Part shown: in pieces, positions 1-7,235 of the stretch
How positions within the stretch are numbered: position 1 is the stretch's first letter
How the letters are laid out: each line of letters starts with the position of its first letter
Virus genome (UHGV): UHGV-0143643
DNA: 21,353 bases
Direction: 5' to 3' (one strand)
From: a virus
Made by a program: the position numbers and the translations under genes
Notes under the pieces: model-generated
The model's input: the letters and a program-made list of their open reading frames with translations, nothing else
Databases searched by the model: none
What the model was told of the DNA's origin: nothing

Positions 1-49
1 TGTTATTTCGGCAGTTTGCACACATCCTGGCTCATAAAGGAAATTATCA

Positions 50-829
50 ATGAAGATAATCTGCAGATTATTATTGGCGATGGCATGTTTGTGTCTGGCA
101 AACATATCCTGGGCTACTGTTTGTGCAAATAGTACTGGCGTAGCAGAAGATGAACACTATGATCTCTCAAATGTCTTTAATAGCACCAATAACCAGCCAG
201 GGCAGATTGTTGTTTTACCGGAAAAATCCGGCTGGGTAGGTGTGTCAGCAATTTGTCCACCCGGCACGCTGGTGAATTATACATACCGTAGTTATGTCAC
301 CAACTTTATTGTTCAGGAAACTATCGATAATTATAAATATATGCAATTAAATGATTATCTATTGGGTGCGATGAGTCTGGTTGATAGCGTGATGGATATT
401 CAATTTCCCCCGCAAAATTATATTCGTATGGGAACAGATCCTAACGTTTCGCAAAACCTTCCGTTCGGGGTGATGGATTCTCGTTTGATATTTCGTTTAA
501 AGGTTATTCGGCCCTTTATTAACATGGTGGAGATCCCCAGACAGGTGATGTTTACCGTGTATGTGACATCAACGCCTTACGATCCGTTGGTTACACCTGT
601 TTATACCATTAGTTTTGGTGGCCGGGTTGAAGTACCGCAAAACTGCGAATTAAATGCCGGGCAGATTGTTGAATTTGATTTTGGTGATATCGGCGCATCG
701 TTATTTAGTGCGGCAGGTCCGGGTAATCGACCTGCTGGTGTCAATACGACTCAACGTCGCTGGATTGACTTGAACACCCGCAGCAACATGCTGCAAAGTG
801 AAACCATGCGCCTTACGCACATTTCGTAA
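50..829 (+). CDS. sfmH: Fimbrial adhesin SfmH-like, N-terminal (signal peptide + lectin domain) portion. The frame looks authentic only to about 742; the tail to the stop at 829 is read-through into phage immunity-region DNA.
   Basis: Signal peptide MKIICRLLLAMACLCLANISWA; FimH-like layout (mature start TVCANSTG, VPQNCELNAGQIVEFDFGDIG resembling FimH GGCDVSARDVTVTLPDYPG). The C-terminus ...TMRLTHIS lacks the usual fimbrial terminal beta-strand, so it is truncated. Confidence 0.7.
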   Translation: MKIICRLLLAMACLCLANISWATVCANSTGVAEDEHYDLSNVFNSTNNQPGQIVVLPEKSGWVGVSAICPPGTLVNYTYRSYVTNFIVQETIDNYKYMQLNDYLLGAMSLVDSVMDIQFPPQNYIRMGTDPNVSQNLPFGVMDSRLIFRLKVIRPFINMVEIPRQVMFTVYVTSTPYDPLVTPVYTISFGGRVEVPQNCELNAGQIVEFDFGDIGASLFSAAGPGNRPAGVNTTQRRWIDLNTRSNMLQSETMRLTHIS

Positions 830-841
830 TGGTGATTGCAT
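743..841 (-). CDS. Cro-like XRE-family HTH protein, 5' portion (first 33 codons) separated from its 3' portion by the inversion junction; the uninterrupted minus-strand ORF runs 704..841
   Basis: Minus-strand ATG at 841-839 preceded by GGAGGG; translation MQSPLRNVRKAHGFTLQHVAAGVQVNPATLSRI is a textbook HTH N-terminus. After about 743 the frame continues into antisense sfmH sequence (DTSRSITRTCRTK, stop). Confidence 0.55.
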
Positions 842-855
842 ATGCCCTCCAAATA

Positions 856-932
856 TTGCGCGTTATGCATGTTATTTCACGCAATTATTTTGCGCAAGTT
901 GATTTGCTTATCACGCAATAAAGAAATGTAAT
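856..932. promoter_or_regulatory. Immunity-region operator/promoter cluster (O_R-like): divergent promoters for the cI-like gene (plus) and cro-like gene (minus) with repeated CGCAA/TTGCG half-sites
   Basis: Half-sites TTGCG 856-860, CGCAA 880-884, TTGCG 890-894, CGCAA 914-918 (perfect dyad CGCAA-N5-TTGCG at 880-894). Plus strand TTGCTT(904-909)-N17-TGTAAT(927-932) ends about 7 nt before the cI ATG (leaderless-type). Minus strand TTGCGC-N17-TAACAT lies upstream of the cro ATG. Confidence 0.5.
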
Positions 933-938
933 AAACGC

Positions 939-1631
939 ATGAACATAGGAAACCGAGTCAGACAACTTCGCCAAGCGAAGAACATGAAAATCGCCGATCT
1001 CGCTGAAGCAATAGGAGTAGATGCGGCGAACATCTCGCGCTTAGAAACGGGTAAGCAAAAACAATTTACCGAACAAACACTGAGTAATATTGCCAAGAGC
1101 TTAGGTGTTGATATTGCTGATCTCTTTACCTCTGCCCACAAAAGTAATACTGTATATAAAAACAGTAATAATGAGGATGTTGCGCAGGTGAAGGATGTGT
1201 TCCGTATTGAAATGCTGGATATCAGTGCCAGTGCGGGAAATGGCCTTATCCAGGGCGGTGATGTCATTGATGTGATTCATGCCATTGAATACAGAACTGA
1301 TAATGCTGTATCGATGTTTGGTGGACGACCAGCAAATCACATTAAAGTTATCAACGTTCGTGGGGACAGTATGTGTCCAACCATTGAGCCAGGAGATCTC
1401 ATCTTCGTTGATGTCAGCATCAATCAGTTTGATGGTGATGGTATATATGTCTTTGGTTTTGATGACAAAATATACGTTAAAAGACTTCAAATGATTCCTG
1501 ACAAACTGCTGGTGATTTCTGATAACCAGATTTACCGTGAATGGGGAATTACTAGCGAAAACGAACACCGATTCATGGTCTTTGGAAAGGTCTTAATCAG
1601 TCAGTCGCAAACCCTTAAGAGACATAATTAA
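939..1631 (+). CDS. Phage repressor, cI-like (N-terminal XRE HTH + C-terminal S24 LexA-like autopeptidase)
   Basis: HTH motif LRQAKNMKIADLAEAIGVDAANISRLETGK; S24 catalytic Ser in VRGDSMCPTI and Lys in YVKRL; sits at a divergent operator region. Confidence 0.9.
   Translation: MNIGNRVRQLRQAKNMKIADLAEAIGVDAANISRLETGKQKQFTEQTLSNIAKSLGVDIADLFTSAHKSNTVYKNSNNEDVAQVKDVFRIEMLDISASAGNGLIQGGDVIDVIHAIEYRTDNAVSMFGGRPANHIKVINVRGDSMCPTIEPGDLIFVDVSINQFDGDGIYVFGFDDKIYVKRLQMIPDKLLVISDNQIYREWGITSENEHRFMVFGKVLISQSQTLKRHN
1148..1167. promoter_or_regulatory. Near-consensus LexA (SOS) box TACTGTATATAAAAACAGTA, located inside the cI-like coding sequence
   Basis: Matches CTGT-N8-ACAG with TA flanks and an all-A/T core; palindromic ends ACTGT/ACAGT. 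Confidence 0.45.
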
Positions 1632-1650
1632 CCTCAATATCCCATCCATC

Positions 1651-1672
1651 GGCCACCGAAAGGTGGCTTTTT
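1651..1672 (+). terminator. Rho-independent terminator downstream of the cI-like gene
   Basis: GCCACC-GAAA-GGTGGC hairpin followed by TTTTT, 20 nt after the stop codon. Confidence 0.7.
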
Positions 1673-1685
1673 ACTACCTATAAAT

Positions 1686-1722
1686 TTGCATACCTCGCAA
1701 ATATCACTTACATATCTCGCAA
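1686..1722 (+). promoter_or_regulatory. pL-like early-left promoter with O_L-like operator half-sites
   Basis: TTGCAT(1686-1691)-N17-TACATA(1709-1714); CGCAA half-sites at 1696-1700 and 1718-1722 of the same type as next to the repressor start. Confidence 0.45.
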
Positions 1723-1886
1723 TTTAATTTTATCTTTTGTTCCAGACCAACTACAGGATTACAACAAAATCTGGTTGCAACACGGTGCATGTGTCGTAAG
1801 CAGTCAGTAAATGTCAAAAACGAACAGGCAGGACGCCCACGAAGTAGCCGCCTGGGGCATATGAAGTCCAGGATGATTCGTTAGCA

Positions 1887-1911
1887 ACAAAAAAGCGCCC
1901 TACAGGACGCT
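1887..1911 (-). terminator. Rho-independent terminator for the minus-strand gene 1951..2442
   Basis: On the minus strand GCGTCC-TGTA-GGGCGC hairpin followed by TTTTTT, about 40 nt downstream of the stop. Confidence 0.6.
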
Positions 1912-1950
1912 TAGCTCTTTAGCAATCTGGATATCCACAACAGTAGTAAT

Positions 1951-2442
1951 CTACAGATTGCCGTTAAGTTTTCTGGACAACTCCTCAATGGATGGAGGCG
2001 ATACGTAATCCGGATTTTTATTCATCAGAAACTTATTTTCACAGTGGAGGCACCTGCTTTTATGAAAAAGCTCATCTTCGCTAACCGGGAATGGTTGAAG
2101 TATCGATACTATCTTTTGTCCAAAACATTTTGGGCAAAGATGCATGGTTATGCTGCCACCGTTCACGATTACCTCCTTCGAGTATACAAAAGTACCCGAC
2201 TCAAGTTGGTTAAGGATATAGCCTTCCGTCTGAGCCTCAAAGTTTTCGAATTCTGCAATTTTAGCTTTGAGAGAAGCATTTATTTCTTGATAAGAGCCCA
2301 CCAGTTCAACGAGAGACACGCATTCGCGCTGAATAGACGCAAGCTTTGAGTTCAGCTCACCAATAGCCGCATTTACTTCAGCTTGAGTTTTTGCCTCGTT
2401 CATTAGTTTTGCAATCTGGGCTGTTTCACGAATAGCCGTCAT
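1951..2442 (-). CDS. Hypothetical moron protein: N-terminal coiled-coil plus C-terminal MqsA/YgiT-like zinc ribbon (CPKC ... CLHCENKFLMNK); convergent with the repressor gene. Alternative GTG start at 2466.
   Basis: The long ORF 1951..2730 has an Arg/Pro-rich low-complexity N-terminal extension that reads antisense through GC-rich structured DNA, so the start is placed at ATG 2442 (MTAIRET...). Heptad-like N-terminal half; C-terminal CxxC-N24-CxHCE motif resembles the MqsA N-terminal zinc domain (CPVC ... CVHCEESIMNK). Own terminator present. Confidence 0.75.
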   Translation of the reverse strand: MTAIRETAQIAKLMNEAKTQAEVNAAIGELNSKLASIQRECVSLVELVGSYQEINASLKAKIAEFENFEAQTEGYILNQLESGTFVYSKEVIVNGGSITMHLCPKCFGQKIVSILQPFPVSEDELFHKSRCLHCENKFLMNKNPDYVSPPSIEELSRKLNGNL

Positions 2443-2480
2443 TGCTGCCGTTAATTCAGCGATCACATTGAATACTCTTA

Positions 2481-2528
2481 TTGTTGTTGGGGATATCCAG
2501 ATTAACCGAATCCTTGTTGTTGGGGAAT
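2481..2528. repeat. Two direct copies of TTGTTGTTGGGGA (2481-2493 and 2516-2528; 35-bp period) immediately upstream of the minus-strand gene start
   Basis: Exact 13-bp direct repeat seen in the sequence; position suits a regulatory binding site. Confidence 0.5.
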
Positions 2529-2680
2529 AACCAGGTCCACCTCGCCTGATGTGGCTAAAAGCAGGCACATAACAGCTAAGTATTTTCAACCAGAGAGAAT
2601 CCTTAGCGTTGTGGTGAATGCGGCTCAGCGCACGCGGGTTAAGGTTGAGGCTGACAGTCGACCTTCTGTGGATACCCCCC

Positions 2681-2726
2681 CGCCTGGTGTGCAACCTTCG
2701 CCAGGCACCGGGAGGCACCCGGCACC
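2681..2726 (+). promoter_or_regulatory. GC-rich structured leader element (two stem-loops, triple GGCACC repeat) upstream of the terminator in the early-left transcript
   Basis: Hairpin GCCTGG(2682-2687)/CCAGGC(2701-2706); hairpin CCGGG(2708-2712)/CCCGG(2718-2722); GGCACC at 2704, 2714 and 2721. Confidence 0.3.
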
Positions 2727-2753
2727 ACAACTTTATGCTGTGTGTAGTCCTGG

Positions 2754-2800
2754 CGGTACCAGTTTGTACCCTTGCTTCCGGCTGGTACCGTCCTTTTTTG
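2754..2800 (+). terminator. Strong rho-independent terminator in the early-left leader, upstream of the YfdP-like gene
   Basis: CGGTACCAG(2754-2762) pairs with CTGGTACCG(2782-2790), followed by TCCTTTTTTG; three GGTACC-type palindromes allow alternative pairings. Confidence 0.6.
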
Positions 2801-2936
2801 CAAAACAGAGAAGAGCATCACCGGACGACGGGCTCATAACCCAATCCATCCGGGCGGCTGCCACCGCAGGTGTTCTTCTCTGTTTTGTGGAGAAACCAAC
2901 CGACCTTGCAGGGTCGATATGATGAGGAGCAGCAAA

Positions 2937-3299
2937 ATGGCTAGCGAACGCAGTACTGATGTGCAGGCATTTATCGGGGAGCTGGACGGCGGCGTATTTG
3001 AAACCAAAATCGGCGCAGTTCTCAGTGAGGTCGCTTCCGGTGTGATGAACACGAAAACCAAAGGGAAGGTCTCACTCAATCTGGAAATCGAACCGTTTGA
3101 TGAGAACCGTGTGAAAATCAAACACAAACTCTCATATGTTCGCCCAACTAACCGCGGGAAAATTTCCGAAGAAGACACCACCGAAACGCCGATGTATGTC
3201 AATCGCGGTGGTCGCCTGACTATTCTGCAGGAAGACCAGGGACAATTACTGACTCTTGCCGGTGAACCTGACGGAAAACTCCGCGCAGCAGGTCATTAA
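2937..3299 (+). CDS. Phage early protein, YfdP-like (120 aa)
   Basis: ATG 2937 preceded by GAGGAG; the longer ORF from 2772 is an upstream extension through the terminator. Size and order match the CPS-53 yfdP-yfdT block as recalled. Confidence 0.75.
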   Translation: MASERSTDVQAFIGELDGGVFETKIGAVLSEVASGVMNTKTKGKVSLNLEIEPFDENRVKIKHKLSYVRPTNRGKISEEDTTETPMYVNRGGRLTILQEDQGQLLTLAGEPDGKLRAAGH

Positions 3300-3364
3300 T
3301 ATCGTTTTTAATAAACTGATTATTTCTCTCATCACTGAATATTTTTATATAGTGAGGACTTATT

Positions 3365-4189
3365 ATGTCTCAGAACTTAGACGCAACCGCAATTAATCAA
3401 ATCCATGCCCTTATTTCTGCTCAGGGTGTTAATGAAATTATCAGTAAGATTGGTGCCGATGCTGTGGCATTGCCTGAGAATTTCCGCATTCATGATCTGG
3501 AAAAATTTAATTTAAATCGCTTCCGTTTCCGTGGTGCGCTTTCCACTGCCAGCATCGATGACTTTACCCGTTATTCTAAAGATCTTGCAGATGAAGGCAC
3601 CCGCTGCTTTATCGATGCCGATAATATGCGAGCCGTCAGTGTGCTTAACCTGGGTACTATTGATGAACCAGGTCACGCAGATAACACTGCCACTCTCAAA
3701 CTGAAAAAGACAGCACCGTTCTCTGCTCTGTTGTCTGTTAACGGCGAGCGTAACTCCCAGAAGTCACTGGCAGAATGGATCGAAGACTGGGCCGACTACC
3801 TTGTGGGCTTTGATGCTAATGGTGACGCCATTCAAGCAACAAAAGCGGCTGCGGCAGTCCGTAAAATCACGATTGAAGCAAACCAGACCGCTGATTTTGA
3901 AGATAATGACTTCAGCGGCAAACGCTCCCTGATGGAGTCTGTCGAAGCGAAGACCAAAGACATTATGCCAGTGGCATTTGAATTTAAATGCGTTCCGTTT
4001 GAAGGTCTGAAAGAACGTCCGTTTAAATTACGCCTCAGCATTATCACTGGCGATCGTCCTGTACTGGTTCTGCGCATTATTCAGCTGGAAGCGGTGCAGG
4101 AAGAAATGGCTAACGAATTTCGTGATCTGCTTGTTGAGAAATTCAAAGACAGCAAAGTAGAAACCTTTATTGGTACTTTCACCGCCTGA
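3365..4189 (+). CDS. Phage early protein, YfdQ-like (DUF2303-type, 274 aa)
   Basis: Clean 274-aa ORF in operon context; family assignment from memory. Confidence 0.8.
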   Translation: MSQNLDATAINQIHALISAQGVNEIISKIGADAVALPENFRIHDLEKFNLNRFRFRGALSTASIDDFTRYSKDLADEGTRCFIDADNMRAVSVLNLGTIDEPGHADNTATLKLKKTAPFSALLSVNGERNSQKSLAEWIEDWADYLVGFDANGDAIQATKAAAAVRKITIEANQTADFEDNDFSGKRSLMESVEAKTKDIMPVAFEFKCVPFEGLKERPFKLRLSIITGDRPVLVLRIIQLEAVQEEMANEFRDLLVEKFKDSKVETFIGTFTA

Positions 4190-4316
4190 TTTCATTACTG
4201 CAAATGCCCCTGCGGGGGCATTTATGGAAACGTAATTAACTCAATAATCACCGGATGGTGAGGGCTTCCTTTTACCAGAATTCAGCGCGGTGCAGTGCAT
4301 ATACGTGGAGAACAAA

Positions 4317-4853
4317 ATGTCATTTATTAAAACTTTTTCCGGGAAGCATTTTTATTATGACAAGATAAATAAAGACGACATCGATATTAACGATATCGCG
4401 GTTTCCCTTTCAAATATCTGTCGCTTTGCCGGTCATCTTTCGCACTTCTACAGCGTCGCCCAACATGCGGTTCTTTGCAGCCAGCTGGTGCCGCAGGAAT
4501 TTGCTTTTGAAGCGTTAATGCATGATGCAACAGAAGCGTATTGCCAGGATATTCCCGCTCCACTGAAACGCCTTCTTCCTGACTATAAACGGATGGAAGA
4601 AAAAATAGACGCCGTAATCCGTGAGAAATACGGGTTACCCCCGGTTATGAGCACGCCTGTGAAATATGCCGATCTCATCATGCTGGCAACCGAACGCCGC
4701 GATCTCGGGCTTGATGATGGCTCTTTCTGGCCTGTACTGGAAGGCATCCCGGCAACAGAGATGTTCAACGTGATTCCACTGGCACCGGGTCATGCCTACG
4801 GGATGTTTATGGAACGTTTTAACGATTTATCGGAGTTACGCAAATGCGCATGA
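4317..4853 (+). CDS. HD-domain phosphohydrolase, YfdR-like 5'-deoxynucleotidase (178 aa)
   Basis: Start MSFIKTF with GGAGAA RBS (the ORF track starts 27 nt earlier); H...HD motif (AGHLSHF ... LMHDATEAY). Confidence 0.8.
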   Translation: MSFIKTFSGKHFYYDKINKDDIDINDIAVSLSNICRFAGHLSHFYSVAQHAVLCSQLVPQEFAFEALMHDATEAYCQDIPAPLKRLLPDYKRMEEKIDAVIREKYGLPPVMSTPVKYADLIMLATERRDLGLDDGSFWPVLEGIPATEMFNVIPLAPGHAYGMFMERFNDLSELRKCA

Positions 4854-5206
4854 ATGTTTTCGAAATGGAAGGGTTTCTTCGCGGGAAATGTGTACCGCGA
4901 GATCTGAAAGTGAATGAAACAAATGCTGAGTACCTGTTACGTAAATTCGACGCGCTTGAAGCTAAATGTGCGGCACTGGAAAACAAAATAATACCAGTGT
5001 CAGCTGAACTGCCACCAGCAAATGAAAGTGTTCTGTTATTTGATGCTAACGGAGAAGGCTGGCTGATTGGCTGGCGTTCTCTCTGGTACACCTGGGGACA
5101 AAAAGAAACCGGAGAATGGCAGTGGACATTTCAGGTCGGGGACCTTGAAAACGTCAATATCACTCACTGGGCAGTAATGCCAAAAGCACCGGAGGCTGGA
5201 GCATAA
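4844..5206 (+). CDS. Phage early protein, YfdS-like (120 aa)
   Basis: Start overlaps the upstream stop; ORF is translationally coupled on both sides. Confidence 0.75.
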   Translation: MRMNVFEMEGFLRGKCVPRDLKVNETNAEYLLRKFDALEAKCAALENKIIPVSAELPPANESVLLFDANGEGWLIGWRSLWYTWGQKETGEWQWTFQVGDLENVNITHWAVMPKAPEAGA

Positions 5207-5511
5207 TGACCACATTTACCAATAAAGAACTGATTAAAGAAATCAAAGAACGAATCAGCAGCCTAGAGGTTCGAGACGATATTGAGCGCCGTGCTTATGA
5301 AATCGCACTCGTATCTCTGGAAGTAGAGCCAGATGAACGCGAAGCCTATGAATTATTCATGGAAAAGCGTTTCGGTGACTTAGTAGATCGTCGGAGAGCA
5401 AAAAACGGCGATAACGAATACATGGCATGGGATATGACTCTCGGTTGGATCGTCTGGCAGCAACGAGCTGTTATCCATTTTTCAACAATGACACAGCAAG
5501 AGGTGAAATAA
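5206..5511 (+). CDS. Phage early protein, YfdT-like (101 aa)
   Basis: TAATG overlap with the upstream gene and with the downstream xis-like start. Confidence 0.75.
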   Translation: MTTFTNKELIKEIKERISSLEVRDDIERRAYEIALVSLEVEPDEREAYELFMEKRFGDLVDRRRAKNGDNEYMAWDMTLGWIVWQQRAVIHFSTMTQQEVK

Positions 5512-5882
5512 TGGAGCCATACAGCCTCACACTCGATGAGGCCTGTCAGTTTCTTCAGATATCCAGACCAACCGCCACCAACTGGATACGAACAGGCCGC
5601 CTACAGGCAACACGTAAAGATCCAACCAAGCCAAAATCTCCTTACCTCACAACACGGCAAGCCTGCATTGCGGCGCTTCAGTCTCCGCTGCATACTGTCC
5701 AGGTGAGCGCGGGTGATGGCATAACAGAGGAAAGAAAATGTCACTCTTCCGCAGAGGTGAAATATGGTACGCCTCGTACTCGCTCCCGGGCGGGAAGCGA
5801 ATTAAGGAGTCTCTTGGCACAAAGGACAAGCGGCAAGCTCAGGAGTTGCACGACAAGCGAAAAGCAGAACTCTGGCGAGTAG
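5511..5882 (+). CDS. Excisionase / AlpA-like HTH protein; the 3' end is uncertain and the frame overlaps the integrase start by about 145 nt
   Basis: [31 protein letters not shown] is an AlpA/Xis-type HTH; position immediately upstream of int. Confidence 0.5.
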   Translation: MEPYSLTLDEACQFLQISRPTATNWIRTGRLQATRKDPTKPKSPYLTTRQACIAALQSPLHTVQVSAGDGITEERKCHSSAEVKYGTPRTRSRAGSELRSLLAQRTSGKLRSCTTSEKQNSGE

Positions 5883-6901
5883 AAAAGCTAGGGGATTTAC
5901 CTGATGTCACTTTTGAAGAGGCCTGCCTAAGATGGCTTGAGGAAAAGGCTGATAAAAAATCTCTCGATTCAGATAAAAGCCGGATTGAGTTCTGGCTTGA
6001 ACATTTTGAGGGTATAAGGCTTAAAGATATCTCGGAGGCAAAGATTTACTCTGCTGTAAGCAGAATGCATAACAGAAAGACGAAAGAAATATGGAAACAG
6101 AAAGTTCGGGCCGCCATCAGGAAAGGTAAAGAACCGCCTGTTTATGAACCAAAGCCAGTATCAACTCAGACAAAGGCAAAGCATCTTGCCATGATAAAGG
6201 CCATTCTCCGTGCTGCAGAACGCGACTGGAAGTGGCTGGAAAAAGCGCCTGTCATCAAGATACCAGCGGTCAGAAACAAGCGAGTCAGATGGCTGGAAAA
6301 GGAGGAAGCAAAACGCCTTATTGATGAGTGCCCCGAACCACTGAAATCTGTCGTCAAGTTTGCGCTGGCAACTGGTCTGAGAAAGTCGAACATCATAAAT
6401 CTGGAATGGCAACAAATCGACATGCAGCGACGAGTTGCCTGGGTGAATCCAGAAGAGAGCAAATCAAACCGCGCCATTGGTGTGGCGCTGAACGATACCG
6501 CCTGTAAAGTGTTGCGTGATCAAATAGGCAAGCATCACAAATGGGTGTTTGTACATACCAAGGCGGCTAAGCGAGCAGATGGAACATCAACGCCTGCGGT
6601 CAGGAAGATGCGCATCGACAGCAAGACATCATGGCTATCAGCTTGTCGTCGTGCAGGAATTGAAGATTTCCGTTTCCATGACCTCAGACACACCTGGGCA
6701 AGCTGGCTGATTCAGTCAGGCGTCCCATTATCAGTGCTTCAGGAAATGGGCGGATGGGAGTCCATAGAAATGGTTCGTAGGTATGCTCACCTTGCGCCTA
6801 ATCATTTGACAGAGCATGCGAGGAAAATAGACGACATTTTTGGTGATAATGTCCCAAATATGTCCCACTCTGGAATTATGGAGGATATAAAGAAGGCGTA
6901 A
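5738..6901 (+). CDS. int: Tyrosine-type site-specific integrase (lambda/DLP12 IntD-like, 387 aa)
   Basis: N-terminus [34 protein letters not shown]; catalytic-region motifs [10 protein letters not shown] and RRYAHL; stop 16 nt from the tRNA 3' end. Confidence 0.95.
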   Translation: MSLFRRGEIWYASYSLPGGKRIKESLGTKDKRQAQELHDKRKAELWRVEKLGDLPDVTFEEACLRWLEEKADKKSLDSDKSRIEFWLEHFEGIRLKDISEAKIYSAVSRMHNRKTKEIWKQKVRAAIRKGKEPPVYEPKPVSTQTKAKHLAMIKAILRAAERDWKWLEKAPVIKIPAVRNKRVRWLEKEEAKRLIDECPEPLKSVVKFALATGLRKSNIINLEWQQIDMQRRVAWVNPEESKSNRAIGVALNDTACKVLRDQIGKHHKWVFVHTKAAKRADGTSTPAVRKMRIDSKTSWLSACRRAGIEDFRFHDLRHTWASWLIQSGVPLSVLQEMGGWESIEMVRRYAHLAPNHLTEHARKIDDIFGDNVPNMSHSGIMEDIKKA

Positions 6902-6916
6902 CTGATTGAATTGTAA

Positions 6917-6993
6917 TGGCGCGCCCTGCAGGATTCGAACCTGCGGCCCACGACTTAGAAGGTCGTTGCTCTATCCAACTGAGCTAAGGGCGC
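6917..6993 (-). tRNA. argU: tRNA-Arg (anticodon UCU), argU-type; its 3' end abuts the integrase gene (prophage attachment site)
   Basis: Cloverleaf read by hand: acceptor GCGCCCU/AGGGCGC, D-arm GCUC/GAGC, anticodon stem ACGAC/GUCGU with loop CUUCUAA, T-arm GCAGG-UUCGAAU-CCUGC, encoded CCA. Confidence 0.95.
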
Positions 6994-7235
6994 GTTGATA
7001 CCGCAATGCGGTGTAATCGCGTGAATTATACGGTCAACCCTTGCTGAGTCAATGGCTTTTGATCTGGTTGCTGAACAAGTGAACGACCGCGTCTGATTTT
7101 CTGATTTATTTCGCTATAGCGGCAAACAAACGCACACCGCTGCGCGTCTGAATCAAGAAAACCCGTATTTTCATGTATCAAAGTACAATTTACCGCCCTA
7201 ACGGAAAATTGTCCGCTCCTATGAGACTGGTAACT

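Larger units (their letters stand above)
743..6916. mobile_element. Defective lambdoid prophage, left arm (cro 5' part, repressor, moron, early-left genes, xis, int), here in the same orientation as the right arm because of the inversion
   Basis: Gene content and integrase next to the tRNA 3' end. Confidence 0.8.

Noticed and set aside
800-820. Shared TMRL peptide near the end of the sfmH 5' ORF and the start of the sfmH 3' ORF, considered as the junction
   Set aside because: The underlying DNA differs (ACCATGCGCCTT against ACAATGCGTCTG) and a junction there would not restore the Cro-like frame; the 742/743 and 8711/8712 breakpoints restore both genes.
911-1568. Minus-strand ORFs 911..1267 and 1101..1568, and plus-strand ORF 1279..1494, inside the repressor gene
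   Set aside because: Fully overlapped by the well-supported cI-like CDS (HTH and S24 motifs); they look like antisense or alternative-frame artefacts with no RBS.
2044-2349. Plus-strand ORF (101 aa) antisense to the moron gene
   Set aside because: Basic and hydrophobic-rich composition typical of the antisense frame of a coiled-coil gene; the minus-strand gene has the zinc-ribbon motif and its own terminator.
2443-2730. Long N-terminal extension of the moron ORF (start at 2730)
   Set aside because: The extension is Arg/Pro/Gly-rich low complexity, reads antisense through the GC-rich structured leader and terminator, and lacks an RBS; the start was placed at ATG 2442 (or GTG 2466).
2551-2922. 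ORFs 2551..2922 (+), 2618..2839 (+, Arg-rich, considered as an N-like antiterminator) and 2639..2821 (-)
   Set aside because: All three span the structured leader and intrinsic terminator and have low-complexity composition; the Arg-rich one has no N-type arginine-rich motif at its N-terminus and no RBS.
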